Source of the DNA: a virus
Virus record (IMG/VR): IMGVR_UViG_3300032268_000887
Location: 1-64,000 of that record
Strand: one strand, 5' to 3'
Length of the DNA: 64,000 bases
Positions 1-8,920 of this stretch are shown one piece after another. A program made the position numbers and the translations under genes. Each line of letters opens with the position of its first letter. The stretch's first letter is position 1. The notes beneath the pieces are model-generated. The model searched no databases. It saw only the letters and a list, made by a program, of their open reading frames with translations, and was not told the origin of the DNA.

Positions 1-124
1 CGTATGCAGGGCATATGGTTTGAAGGTTTGAAGGTTTGGGATAGGAAGGTTTTTCCGCCAGACATTACGAAGCCCCTATAAAAGCGCTCCATTCCCCACC
101 ACTTTACTCCACTTTACTCTACAG

Positions 125-775
125 TCAGATCCTGCTATCATCAGTAACATTTATTTGTGCTAAAACTATCTTTCTTCTCTTCTCCCAAGTGTCAATATCT
201 GCAGGAAAATCAAAGTCTTCAGTCCAATCATCTATCTCTACGGAGTGAAATTTTTGTTTATCTTGGGTTAATTGATCATGCAATCTCCAACCTCCAGCAC
301 TGTAATTCTCTTTGGATTCTATGATTTTTAATATAGCAGACTCTAGGATAGGAATGGAGGAACCTTCAAACCCTATACCCCATATCTCCTTCCATAACTT
401 TTTTGTAAGGTGAGATCCTTTGCTTCGTAGATAAAATGATAGGGCATAAGGATCATTCATAATTCGTTCAACTGCATCATCGGTAAAGTACACATCTGCA
501 AAAACCAGAATATTCTTACCCTCTGTCCAGATATCCCTACTTGAGTAGAATTTGGCTATATCTCTCCATGCTTTATTTTCAGGGGGGATATAAGTCTGGG
601 CAAAACCTTGTTCCTCATTTGCGACGATTATGACCTTATCTGCATACTTAGAAAACTGCCGATATGTACGTTCAATTAAGACTTCACCTTCAATTACGAG
701 CCTATGCTTGGGAGCACCTCTATAGTTATTCCATCTAGTGCCAGAACCTGCTGCTAGGATAAAGACTGTTTTCAT
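125..775 (-). CDS. NTP-transferase / sugar- or choline-phosphate nucleotidyltransferase (GT-A fold)
   Basis: N-terminal ILAAGSGTRW...PKH motif; ADVYF; C-terminal EDFDFPAD. Confidence 0.75.
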   Translation of the reverse strand: MKTVFILAAGSGTRWNNYRGAPKHRLVIEGEVLIERTYRQFSKYADKVIIVANEEQGFAQTYIPPENKAWRDIAKFYSSRDIWTEGKNILVFADVYFTDDAVERIMNDPYALSFYLRSKGSHLTKKLWKEIWGIGFEGSSIPILESAILKIIESKENYSAGGWRLHDQLTQDKQKFHSVEIDDWTEDFDFPADIDTWEKRRKIVLAQINVTDDSRI

Positions 776-778
776 TAC

Positions 779-1525
779 CTATAGGTCTTTTGGCATTGGT
801 AGTCTATCGTGCTTTGGATCAATCCCGTCGAAAACCAGCATAACCTTATCTGAGGTTTTTCTATTGTTTAGGTGATATTCTCTTAGATAGGAGAATGTAC
901 CACGTATGGAGGTTTCTTTGTCTGTGGTAAGGTTATAGCATAATACGGCATTACGATCCCCCAAAATATTTTCCAGTTCCTCTAAAACCTCTAAGATCTC
1001 TGGCAAAAACTCATTCCAAGCATTTCTTAGCATAAAGATAAATGGTCCTGTTTGATTTTTCAATAATTTTATTTGTTGTAGTCTTAAATTTTTTTCTTTA
1101 TGAAAAAATGATTTAAAGAAAAACTCACCAACACATCCAGATACAGCAGCAGCAGCGATGATACTGCTTGGTCCAGGCGTAGCCGAGATTGGAATTTTAT
1201 TCTCTATAGCCTTTTGAATTAAGAATTGCCCTGGATCTGCCAAACCTGGCATACCATCATCTGATAGGAAACAAACATCTTCCCCATTAAGAAGTACATT
1301 CAAGACCTCTTTGGATACCTCTATCTCAATATTTTCTTTATCTATAGTATCTGTGCTCATATAAAACATCTTAGCATTAGGGGTTTTTATATTTAGGGCT
1401 AGGAGAAATTCTTCATATTCCCCCTTATTTTCGACAACAAGGTTTGTAGCATTTTCGATTATCTCAATGTTTCTAGGTGGCATGTCGTTCCAGTTACCTA
1501 CTGGTAGCCCTACAAGATATAGCAT
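779..1525 (-). CDS. rsmI: RsmI-like 16S rRNA (C1402-2'-O)-methyltransferase, divergent
   Basis: LYLVGLPVGNWNDM (cf. LYxVxTPIGNLxDI), SDDGMPGLADPG (cf. SDAGTPxISDPG), PGPSS, YNLT (cf. RELTK). Confidence 0.75.
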   Translation of the reverse strand: MLYLVGLPVGNWNDMPPRNIEIIENATNLVVENKGEYEEFLLALNIKTPNAKMFYMSTDTIDKENIEIEVSKEVLNVLLNGEDVCFLSDDGMPGLADPGQFLIQKAIENKIPISATPGPSSIIAAAAVSGCVGEFFFKSFFHKEKNLRLQQIKLLKNQTGPFIFMLRNAWNEFLPEILEVLEELENILGDRNAVLCYNLTTDKETSIRGTFSYLREYHLNNRKTSDKVMLVFDGIDPKHDRLPMPKDL

Positions 1526-1537
1526 TAACTCAGTATA

Positions 1538-1663
1538 TCAGTTCTTCTTGTCTATTTCTTTTATTATTTCTTCTGCTATTTCTAAAGACTTTGAGTCCTT
1601 ATGTTTATAGCGCAGGTGAGGGGCTATTATTGTTGCTATCTGTTTTAAAAGACTATCATTCAT
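1538..1663 (-). CDS. small hypothetical protein (41 aa, MNDSLLKQIATIIAPHLRY...)
   Basis: Translated by hand; TGATATAAT promoter 8 nt upstream; its stop abuts the rsmI promoter. Confidence 0.5.
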   Translation of the reverse strand: MNDSLLKQIATIIAPHLRYKHKDSKSLEIAEEIIKEIDKKN

Positions 1664-1687
1664 ACAGGTATATTATATCATTATGGG

Positions 1688-1716
1688 TTGACAAACCTTT
1701 CAACCTTATGTATAAT
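1688..1716 (+). promoter_or_regulatory. consensus sigma70/SigA promoter
   Basis: TTGACA-17 nt-TATAAT. Confidence 0.8.
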
Positions 1717-1722
1717 TAATAG

Positions 1723-1817
1723 TGCAATACCCCACAAGACGAACAAATAGAGCCTGACAACGTCTATAAAGGAAAAGATCAGGATAGGACCTGGATAAGT
1801 CTTAAAACTGTCCTTTT
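1723..1817 (+). ncRNA. candidate structured small RNA with two tandem H-type pseudoknots
   Basis: Follows the consensus promoter with no substantial ORF; AGACG/CGTCT + CCTGA/TCAGG; AGGAC/GTCTT + GGATA/TGTCC followed by TTTT. Confidence 0.45.
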
Positions 1818-1928
1818 ATAATAGGCAATATAGAAGACTCTAACTGTTATTGCACCGTTAGGGGCATAGATTAGTTTACTCTTTCTATTTTCCGCCGAAT
1901 TTTAAAATCAATATGATAGACTCGTAGT

Positions 1929-2624
1929 ATGGCAAAAACTATAAAATTTTTAGCGCAAGACGACCATGTCTGGAAAGTTAGACCAAGGCCTTATCCAGCA
2001 GCAAAAAAAATTCCAGATTGGTGGAAAAATATTCCAGTTTATAGCGGTAATGGTTTCGATGTAAATCCAGCATCTACAGTTACTGTTAAAAGATGCGTTC
2101 CTACATTAGACATGCTTATTGCTGGATACTATGTGCCTCTGTGGGCAGATATTTTTGTAAAATGGGATAATCAAAGACTTAAAACAAAATGGACAACTCG
2201 TAAATCGGTAATAGAGACATGGTCTCCACAACAGGTTAGTTCTTTTAAAATACCAGAAGGTTTTAGTGACACTGTTTTTAAAAATCTGCATGGGTGGACA
2301 ATAAAAACACCTCCAGGATGGTCGTGTTTAATTATTCATCCAGTCGCATATCAAGATGCACCATTTTATACAATTCCTGGCATTGTTGATACAGATATTT
2401 ATGATGGGGAAATAAATGTACCATTTGTAATTAAAAATAATTTTGAAGGAATTTTAGAAAAAGGAACTCCGATGTTTCAAGTAATACCTTTTAAAAGAGA
2501 ACAGTGGAATTCAGAATTTGATGTTAAAAAAGAAAATCAACATTTTTTTGATAATGAAAAACTTTATTCAAAAATAGAACGTGCATATCACTCATTAATT
2601 AAAGATAAAAAAATTTATAGATAA
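1929..2624 (+). CDS. conserved phage protein, DUF6065-like with dUTPase-like C-terminus (paralog 1)
   Basis: IPDWWK...KRCVPTLD..GY...KTPPGWS...GIVDTD...KGTPMFQVIPFKRE, shared with 23308 and 24033. Confidence 0.5.
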   Translation: MAKTIKFLAQDDHVWKVRPRPYPAAKKIPDWWKNIPVYSGNGFDVNPASTVTVKRCVPTLDMLIAGYYVPLWADIFVKWDNQRLKTKWTTRKSVIETWSPQQVSSFKIPEGFSDTVFKNLHGWTIKTPPGWSCLIIHPVAYQDAPFYTIPGIVDTDIYDGEINVPFVIKNNFEGILEKGTPMFQVIPFKREQWNSEFDVKKENQHFFDNEKLYSKIERAYHSLIKDKKIYR

Positions 2625-2641
2625 TTTATATTTTTTATAGT

Positions 2642-2980
2642 TTAAGGCTTTATTTTATATGAGTACACATTAAGCAAATCGTAGTTGCTTCCACCAGTGC
2701 TTTTGTTGTAGCGGGACACAAGTGAGTTATATCTATTAATAATGTCATCAATTACAGAATTTGCTTTATCTACCGTACGAACATGGGCATCTTGTTCTCT
2801 TATTAAGTCAAGACGGCTGCTTGCAATAATATCACTTGTATATTTTATACAGTAGTTAGATTGATCTAAGGTCATCTTACGAGCCTGTTTTAAATCTCCC
2901 CCCATAAAAAGCAGGGACACAGAAAGTATTGCGATTAATGCAGATTGTACCCAGATTATGCTTTTAAGTTTAAAACTCAT
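2642..2980 (-). CDS. hypothetical protein with N-terminal membrane anchor and coiled coil
   Basis: Hydrophobic N-terminus; own -10 box. Confidence 0.5.
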   Translation of the reverse strand: MSFKLKSIIWVQSALIAILSVSLLFMGGDLKQARKMTLDQSNYCIKYTSDIIASSRLDLIREQDAHVRTVDKANSVIDDIINRYNSLVSRYNKSTGGSNYDLLNVYSYKIKP

Positions 2981-3045
2981 ATTACTCTAGTATATCTCAT
3001 AGTTAATGAATTAGTCAAGTTAAGGGGATGTTGATGTGGAAGCGT

Positions 3046-3369
3046 TCACTTAATATCCTTTATAGCACTATTAATAATCCTTATAACTTTCTTTGATGAT
3101 ATTTTCTCACTACTGAATGCTTCTGTATAGCCATCTTGAGGCATGTCTTCTTTGTTTAAGTACCGCCCAGGAAATCTATTACGAAAAACCTTTAAAACCT
3201 CCTGCTCCACAAGCCTAGCAATCTCTCTATCCTCAAAATACCAATAGTCAATAATCATCCAGCCTTTGACCCTGTGCTGTGAATATCTACGATTAGATAG
3301 ATTAGATATACCAACTTTGAACGCCCTTAGCGCTGGAGAATATATTAAGTATAGTAGTGCTCTTTCCAT
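3046..3369 (-). CDS. GIY-YIG-superfamily nuclease-like protein
   Basis: LLYLIYS...FKVGIS...R...H...VEQEVL. Confidence 0.55.
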   Translation of the reverse strand: MERALLYLIYSPALRAFKVGISNLSNRRYSQHRVKGWMIIDYWYFEDREIARLVEQEVLKVFRNRFPGRYLNKEDMPQDGYTEAFSSEKISSKKVIRIINSAIKDIK

Positions 3370-3429
3370 TTATATAGTATATCTTGACTTATCCCCGTTT
3401 TTTTGGTATACTGATACAAAGGAGAAAAA

Positions 3430-3552
3430 ATGACAGCATTATTGGTATTGTTTAGTTTTTTTATTGGTTTTATTTCTTGCTATTTTTATATGACAAAAGG
3501 CATAGATCAAGACGGAGTTTGGGTATCAAATAAACCATTTGAAGATGAATAA
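3430..3552 (+). CDS. small membrane protein (40 aa, MTALLVLFSFFIGFISCYF...)
   Basis: Translated by hand; AAGGAG SD and GGTATACT -10 upstream. Confidence 0.5.
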   Translation: MTALLVLFSFFIGFISCYFYMTKGIDQDGVWVSNKPFEDE

Positions 3553-3561
3553 GGGGTATAA

Positions 3562-3759
3562 ATGAAAAAAAGTAACGACAAAGTTTCTAAATCTAAAGTT
3601 AAAAGAGCCAACAAAAACAAAAAAAGATTATCAGATAAGGTCCAGTTGTCTAAATTTCAAAGACAACAGATAAGTATTTATGAAAAAATACGAGGAATGA
3701 CTTATGCAAATATTTTGCAAAATAAAAAAGAAAACAGCGATGAGCCAAGAAACTCATAA
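3562..3759 (+). CDS. small basic hypothetical protein
   Basis: ORF with AGGGG SD. Confidence 0.45.
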   Translation: MKKSNDKVSKSKVKRANKNKKRLSDKVQLSKFQRQQISIYEKIRGMTYANILQNKKENSDEPRNS

Positions 3760-3895
3760 AGCAATAACAAAAATTCTTTTTGAGGAAATTGGTAAAATTA
3801 AAGTTCACACAATAGACATGAATAATGCTATTTTAGAAATTGAATACGATAAAATAGCAGATAGAATTATAAATGAAATTAAAGGTTTAGATTAA
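3704..3895 (+). CDS. small hypothetical protein (true start probably MSQETH)
   Basis: ORF track; overlaps the previous ORF. Confidence 0.4.
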   Translation: MQIFCKIKKKTAMSQETHKAITKILFEEIGKIKVHTIDMNNAILEIEYDKIADRIINEIKGLD

Positions 3896-4492
3896 TTTTT
3901 TTAAATAAATATCTGAGGTAAGATTATCATTTAAAGCAAAAGCGTAAACGTACCAATCAGGGTTTTTATTAAGAAAATCGTTAATTGCAGGAACTACACC
4001 CATTTTTGCTCCTGTTTTTGTTTCATTTTCATAAATATTGTAATCATTAAAACCCAGTATCCCCTCTACATTTAGTTTAGATTTTGACATTTCTAATTGA
4101 TGAAGGACTGAGTTATAAGAAGTGTCATAATCCATATATAAAAAATCAAAAGTATCTTTATTTATTAAATTAAATTTTTCATATTTTCCTTTAAAAAGTT
4201 CTACCTCTGGCATACTAGAAAATCTTTCTTTTACAAAATTAAAATGTTCTTCTGGAGTATGCCACCTACTGCCGTTATATTCAGGAGCATGCCAATCAAT
4301 TTCTTCATATGGGTCAATTAAAATAGATTTAGATGGAGAGCACTCCTCTATTACCTTAAGAGCAAAATCTCCAGCAAGGACTCCAGCCTCTAAAAATGTT
4401 ATCCCCTTGGGCAATGTTTTTATAAAATCATACCTGGTGCTATACAACTTTGTATTATTTAGTCTATCTTGAGGAATTATAAGATTGTGCAT
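3887..4492 (-). CDS. class I SAM-dependent methyltransferase (Methyltransf_24-like)
   Basis: LEAGVLAGDFA motif I; LIDPY; FDFLYMD; GILGFNDY; GVVPAIN. Confidence 0.8.
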   Translation of the reverse strand: MHNLIIPQDRLNNTKLYSTRYDFIKTLPKGITFLEAGVLAGDFALKVIEECSPSKSILIDPYEEIDWHAPEYNGSRWHTPEEHFNFVKERFSSMPEVELFKGKYEKFNLINKDTFDFLYMDYDTSYNSVLHQLEMSKSKLNVEGILGFNDYNIYENETKTGAKMGVVPAINDFLNKNPDWYVYAFALNDNLTSDIYLKKLI

Positions 4493-4530
4493 TTAATTAT
4501 TATAGCATGCGGATAGGGTACAATAGATCT

Positions 4531-5199
4531 ATGAATAATAATGACCGTATCGCCCCAGCCAATGTGCCAACAAAAAAAATAGATAACATAAGTAAAATTA
4601 TTGGTATTGGGCCAGACACTATAAAGGTAATTAAAAATTTTATTCCGCAATCTGATATTGATGAATTTGTGAACTTTGGAAAAATGATGTCAAAAATTGA
4701 AAAAAATAAAACACATCATTTTACTGTTAATGCTAATAATATTAATAATCCTAAATTACAAAAACAATTTGAGAAATACGAAAATATATTAAGAAATAAA
4801 GCAGAAGAAGTTTACGGACTTAAATTAGATAAAGATAGGCCGTTAGACCTATTTATACATCCAGCAGGGTCTTATCTTGAGCCACATACAGACATCATTG
4901 ATTATCATCAAGAAGAAGTTTACGATCAGCCTAACCTCTTTGCCGAACAAGAAAAAACTTGGCCATTTTTATGGAGTGGGCACTTGTCTATTATTTGTTA
5001 TTTAAACAAAGATTACGATGGAGGAATTTTATATTTTCCAGATCAGGGAGTAGAAATTGTTCCCGAACCAGGAATGTTTGTATGTTTCCCTGGAAACTTA
5101 CACTTCCTTCATGGAGTAACACAGACTACTGGAACAGCAAGATTTACTATTTCGTTATGGACTAGATTTAGTGATTTTAAAAATGAGATTATAAAGTAA
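4531..5199 (+). CDS. 2OG-Fe(II) oxygenase, prolyl-4-hydroxylase-like (subfamily A)
   Basis: PHTD, YLNKDYDGGILYFP, HGV, RF; start moved to 4531 by TACAAT-6nt-ATG. Confidence 0.85.
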   Translation: MNNNDRIAPANVPTKKIDNISKIIGIGPDTIKVIKNFIPQSDIDEFVNFGKMMSKIEKNKTHHFTVNANNINNPKLQKQFEKYENILRNKAEEVYGLKLDKDRPLDLFIHPAGSYLEPHTDIIDYHQEEVYDQPNLFAEQEKTWPFLWSGHLSIICYLNKDYDGGILYFPDQGVEIVPEPGMFVCFPGNLHFLHGVTQTTGTARFTISLWTRFSDFKNEIIK

Positions 5200-5203
5200 T
5201 AAT

Positions 5204-5914
5204 ATGATAATAAATACGCAAAATCCAGGAAAAGATAACTATTTTAAAATAGATGATGTATCTACGGCAGATCCTAAAAAAATATTTGTTGATTTAACTA
5301 AAGATAGTGAGTCAAATATAATAAAAGATGAAGCAACTAAAATTTTTGGAACAAATAAAGATACTATCAAAATTATAAAAAATTTTATGCCTGAAAATGA
5401 CCTTGCTGTTATAAACAAACTATGCAATTTGTATTATAAAAGTATGGCAATTGATGAAAAGTATAATGAATCAACGCATGAATCAATGGCTAAAAAACTA
5501 ATCCTAGAATATAAAGAAAAAATTAAAAATATTTCAGAAAATTTATTTAATTTAAAGTTAGAGCACGACGATGATGCAAATAGATATCATTTAGAAAGTA
5601 ATTATTTGAATGGGAGAAAGCCTAATTTTGCTACCAACATTCATAGCGACATATTGACTGATATAGAAAATAGTAAAAAATATGGGTGGAGTGGGCATAT
5701 ATCAAATTTATTATATTTAAATGATGATTACGATGGAGGAGAGTTATATTTTCCTTATCATGATTTTAAAATTAAACCAGAACCTGGCATGTTAGTTTCT
5801 TTTCCAGGAAATTGGTACAACAGGCATGGGATAATGCCAGCAAGTGATTTTAGATACGCAATAAATATTTTTTTAAAAATATCAAATTTTCCTGATCAAC
5901 CAGAATATATATGA
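5204..5914 (+). CDS. 2OG-Fe(II) oxygenase, P4H-like (subfamily A)
   Basis: HSD, YLNDDYDGGELYFP, HGI, RY; tandem paralog of 4531 (shared WSGH). Confidence 0.85.
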   Translation: MIINTQNPGKDNYFKIDDVSTADPKKIFVDLTKDSESNIIKDEATKIFGTNKDTIKIIKNFMPENDLAVINKLCNLYYKSMAIDEKYNESTHESMAKKLILEYKEKIKNISENLFNLKLEHDDDANRYHLESNYLNGRKPNFATNIHSDILTDIENSKKYGWSGHISNLLYLNDDYDGGELYFPYHDFKIKPEPGMLVSFPGNWYNRHGIMPASDFRYAINIFLKISNFPDQPEYI

Positions 5915-6471
5915 GACCAATCTCTAAAGGTTTGCCTTATTCTTTTTGCTTGTTCAATCTCACTTAAAGGATTTACTGTGAGCGAATGTCTCCAATGATT
6001 TTCGCCAATACAATTAAAACAAATCATCTCTACAAATTCATCATCACTAAACAATACCTTTTCTCTCCAGTGCGCCTCCTCCTCTCCTTCAAAGCAAACC
6101 GCATCATTATCTAATAATTCTATTCTTTCTCCTTTAATAAACAGGTCCCACTTTTTATTAGTTTTAACTTGATAATCAAATACTACTTCGCAAGCGTAGT
6201 CATCTTTATGTGGTAATAGTTTAGGGGTCCCATATTCTTTTTTAAACCTCATAAAACCAATATCTTTTACTATTAATTTTTTATTGTATGTGTTGTTAAC
6301 ATAGGCTTCAACCTTATCGATAATATTTTTGTTTAAATTATCTAAACCAATTAACTTTCTTCCTGTCTGTCTGTATATTTTCCCAGCACCAGAATCTTCT
6401 GCTTCTTTAATAGCGTTTAATATAATATTTATTTCTTCTTCATTAAAAAAACTATTAATTATTTTATGCAT
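5896..6471 (-). CDS. 2OG-Fe(II) oxygenase-like (subfamily B)
   Basis: PKLLPHKD...DYQ...W...FEG...HWRE. Confidence 0.65.
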   Translation of the reverse strand: MHKIINSFFNEEEINIILNAIKEAEDSGAGKIYRQTGRKLIGLDNLNKNIIDKVEAYVNNTYNKKLIVKDIGFMRFKKEYGTPKLLPHKDDYACEVVFDYQVKTNKKWDLFIKGERIELLDNDAVCFEGEEEAHWREKVLFSDDEFVEMICFNCIGENHWRHSLTVNPLSEIEQAKRIRQTFRDWSHIYSG

Positions 6472-6493
6472 ATTTTTATTGTATCATTAAATA

Positions 6494-6524
6494 AAAAAGG
6501 CCACACATTTCTGCATGGCCAATT
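6494..6524 (-). terminator. rho-independent terminator
   Basis: GGCCATGCA-GAAA-TGTGTGGCC hairpin then TTTTTT on the minus strand. Confidence 0.65.
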
Positions 6525-6535
6525 TTAGATTAAAA

Positions 6536-6808
6536 CTACTTCTTTTTCTTTGCAGCAGCCTTCTTTACAGGGGCCTTAGCAGCCTTTAAAGCCTTGTCTA
6601 CGGACTCAACAGTTGGTAGTAGACCAAATGCTGGATCTCCAGGATTTATTGCACGTAATAGAACGGGCGCAACGGCAGCCACTAAAGCAGCCCATAGATC
6701 TTTTGGATCTGTAATACCAGACATGTATAGGGCAAGTCCTGCACCTAATACTGATCGACCATAGGATGCTCCCATAGCCTTTAATTGTTTAGTGTCAATG
6801 TTTGACAT
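6536..6808 (-). CDS. small 2-TM membrane protein, holin-like
   Basis: ASYGRSVLGAGLALY...APVLLRAINPGDPAFG; basic tail. Confidence 0.5.
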   Translation of the reverse strand: MSNIDTKQLKAMGASYGRSVLGAGLALYMSGITDPKDLWAALVAAVAPVLLRAINPGDPAFGLLPTVESVDKALKAAKAPVKKAAAKKKK

Positions 6809-6875
6809 GTTTCTCCTTTTTATATATTTTTTATTCCCCCGTTTAAAGGGTACTTCTATTATAGCACTATCAGCC

Positions 6876-7874
6876 CTAAACCTTTACTTTATACCCTTTC
6901 GGACATTTAGGGCTAGTTCCAGACATAGTTTTTATTAGTTTGCCCTTATAGCATTTTATTGTTTTTTGCACAACAGTTTTTGTAGTTGACTCAAATGCAA
7001 CTGCTTTTTCGGGTACTGCAATTGGAACATTATTTAAATTAATATAATCCTCAGCCTCTTTAATTAAAGATAAATAGTCATATGCAGCAACCGATCCCAT
7101 ATTCATTTCATTTGTCTTCCAACCGTTACCACTGCAATTTGGAATTCCACCAAAACCCCAAGACAATGGACCTAAATAAATAAAGTTTTCTCCATCTTTT
7201 ATGTAAAATGGTGAGCCTGAATCTCCAGAGCATGTGCTTGGTCCTCCAGGAACCTGAAGTACGTGAATTTTCATTCCATAATGGCCAACTCCAGCGTAAT
7301 TATAAACTTCTGAAATTACAGCATTAATTCTTTCATTTGAAATTAATGGAAACTGTGCATATTTTGGTTTTGTAAAATCGTTTTGTTGATGGTCTTTGCT
7401 TTGTAGGCCATAACCAATTGTTGTAACCATTGCTTTATTTTTTATATAGTTATCAACCTGTTCTTTTGTAGCAATGTATGTTTTTCCAGGAACTGAAATT
7501 TTATTTTTTAAAACTAAAACAGCAAAATCATCTGTATCCGAATAGTCTGTTCCTGTTTTGATTTTCCAATTTGAAAAAGTTTTTTCTATAGGGAATATCT
7601 CATATTCATCTGTGCCTGGTACGTAAGGCATACCTGGTTTTCCTATATACTGTTGTTGCCATAAATTTTGTGTTTTTCGGTCAAATATGCAGTGTCCTGC
7701 AGTTAAAACAATTTTTTCAGAATATAAAAACCCAGTGCAATTTTTACCACCACCCTGAATTATAAGCGGAACTGTTCTTCCGTCATTTGATGCATCAGGA
7801 GCATTCTCCATAGAATGTGCTGGAGAAGCAATAGAAATTAATAAAGCAGTTAAGATTATTTTTGTTTTTGTCAT
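6876..7874 (-). CDS. secreted trypsin-like serine protease (S1)
   Basis: Signal peptide; LTAGHC, DDFAVL, CSGDSGSP triad; C-terminal TIKCYKGK...PKCPKGYK. Confidence 0.85.
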   Translation of the reverse strand: MTKTKIILTALLISIASPAHSMENAPDASNDGRTVPLIIQGGGKNCTGFLYSEKIVLTAGHCIFDRKTQNLWQQQYIGKPGMPYVPGTDEYEIFPIEKTFSNWKIKTGTDYSDTDDFAVLVLKNKISVPGKTYIATKEQVDNYIKNKAMVTTIGYGLQSKDHQQNDFTKPKYAQFPLISNERINAVISEVYNYAGVGHYGMKIHVLQVPGGPSTCSGDSGSPFYIKDGENFIYLGPLSWGFGGIPNCSGNGWKTNEMNMGSVAAYDYLSLIKEAEDYINLNNVPIAVPEKAVAFESTTKTVVQKTIKCYKGKLIKTMSGTSPKCPKGYKVKV

Positions 7875-8005
7875 ATATAAAGTATAGTCCGAAACTAATG
7901 ATTTGTCAATATTAATATATAAAAGTTCGTGGCTTGTTTATTTGTTTTCTAATTTTTCTTATTTGTATTTTAAGTTTTATATATCTCTTTATTTTATTTA
8001 TCATA

Positions 8006-8920
8006 TTATTTTCCTAATTGCTGATATTTTTTATAGAATTCATCAGCCCAAAAATGATGAAGAACCCTCCCAGCATGACGATCTCTTTTCATATAATCAT
8101 CTTTTTTGATTTCATGGTCTTTATAGTATGTCTTGGCATAATTTTCAACCTTATTGTTTTTAATATTAACAAAATTGTCAAATGTTGCTAGTCTAGATAT
8201 ATTTTCTTTATCTATAGAATCCCAGGAAGAAAATATTAATTTAATATTTTTTTGTATACACAATTCGCTAAAAATTTTCCAAGAAATCAAAAAATAAACG
8301 AAATCCTCTAAATGCTCTTTAGGATCTGTTGCCCAGTCGGGATCGTTTGCTTTGTCAGGATTTTTCATCATATAGACTTTTGGGTATTTTTGCCAATATG
8401 CCCACGGATGTTCGTTGCCAGAATAAAGAAACTTTCTTTGATGATTTGGCAACATAATAAAATAAACATCAGGGTATCCATATTTTTTAAAATAAACTAA
8501 GGCATTTGTTATAATTCTTGACCAGCCCCAACCAGATCTTGACAAATTAAAAAATCCGGAACATTTTTCTTCTTTAGACAAAAGATCATACAAAATTTTA
8601 GACCAAGCGTCTTCTATGTTTCCGCCAACACCCTCTGTTTCTGAGCATCCAGAAAAAAGAATATGCTTTCCATTATGAACATTAGTAAAGTCATCAGATC
8701 TAAACTTTTGTTTGTTATAATTATAAGTAACCAAACCATCATCAATAGTTTCTTTTTCTGGTTCAATTATGCTAAATGTTTTTTGTTCGGTATTAATCAT
8801 CCATGTTGTATCAAATTCATTCTTAAATAAATCCATAAAAATATTATTTGGGTCAGTAAACATATAATCTTCTGTGACGAGGGAAGATGAAACATGTTTT
8901 GGAATATCATTATTTGTCAT
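8006..8920 (-). CDS. SGNH/GDSL-hydrolase-like protein (paralog of 35800)
   Basis: ILFSGCSETEG block I, FNLSRSG, DRHAG DxH-type block V. Confidence 0.55.
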   Translation of the reverse strand: MTNNDIPKHVSSSLVTEDYMFTDPNNIFMDLFKNEFDTTWMINTEQKTFSIIEPEKETIDDGLVTYNYNKQKFRSDDFTNVHNGKHILFSGCSETEGVGGNIEDAWSKILYDLLSKEEKCSGFFNLSRSGWGWSRIITNALVYFKKYGYPDVYFIMLPNHQRKFLYSGNEHPWAYWQKYPKVYMMKNPDKANDPDWATDPKEHLEDFVYFLISWKIFSELCIQKNIKLIFSSWDSIDKENISRLATFDNFVNIKNNKVENYAKTYYKDHEIKKDDYMKRDRHAGRVLHHFWADEFYKKYQQLGK

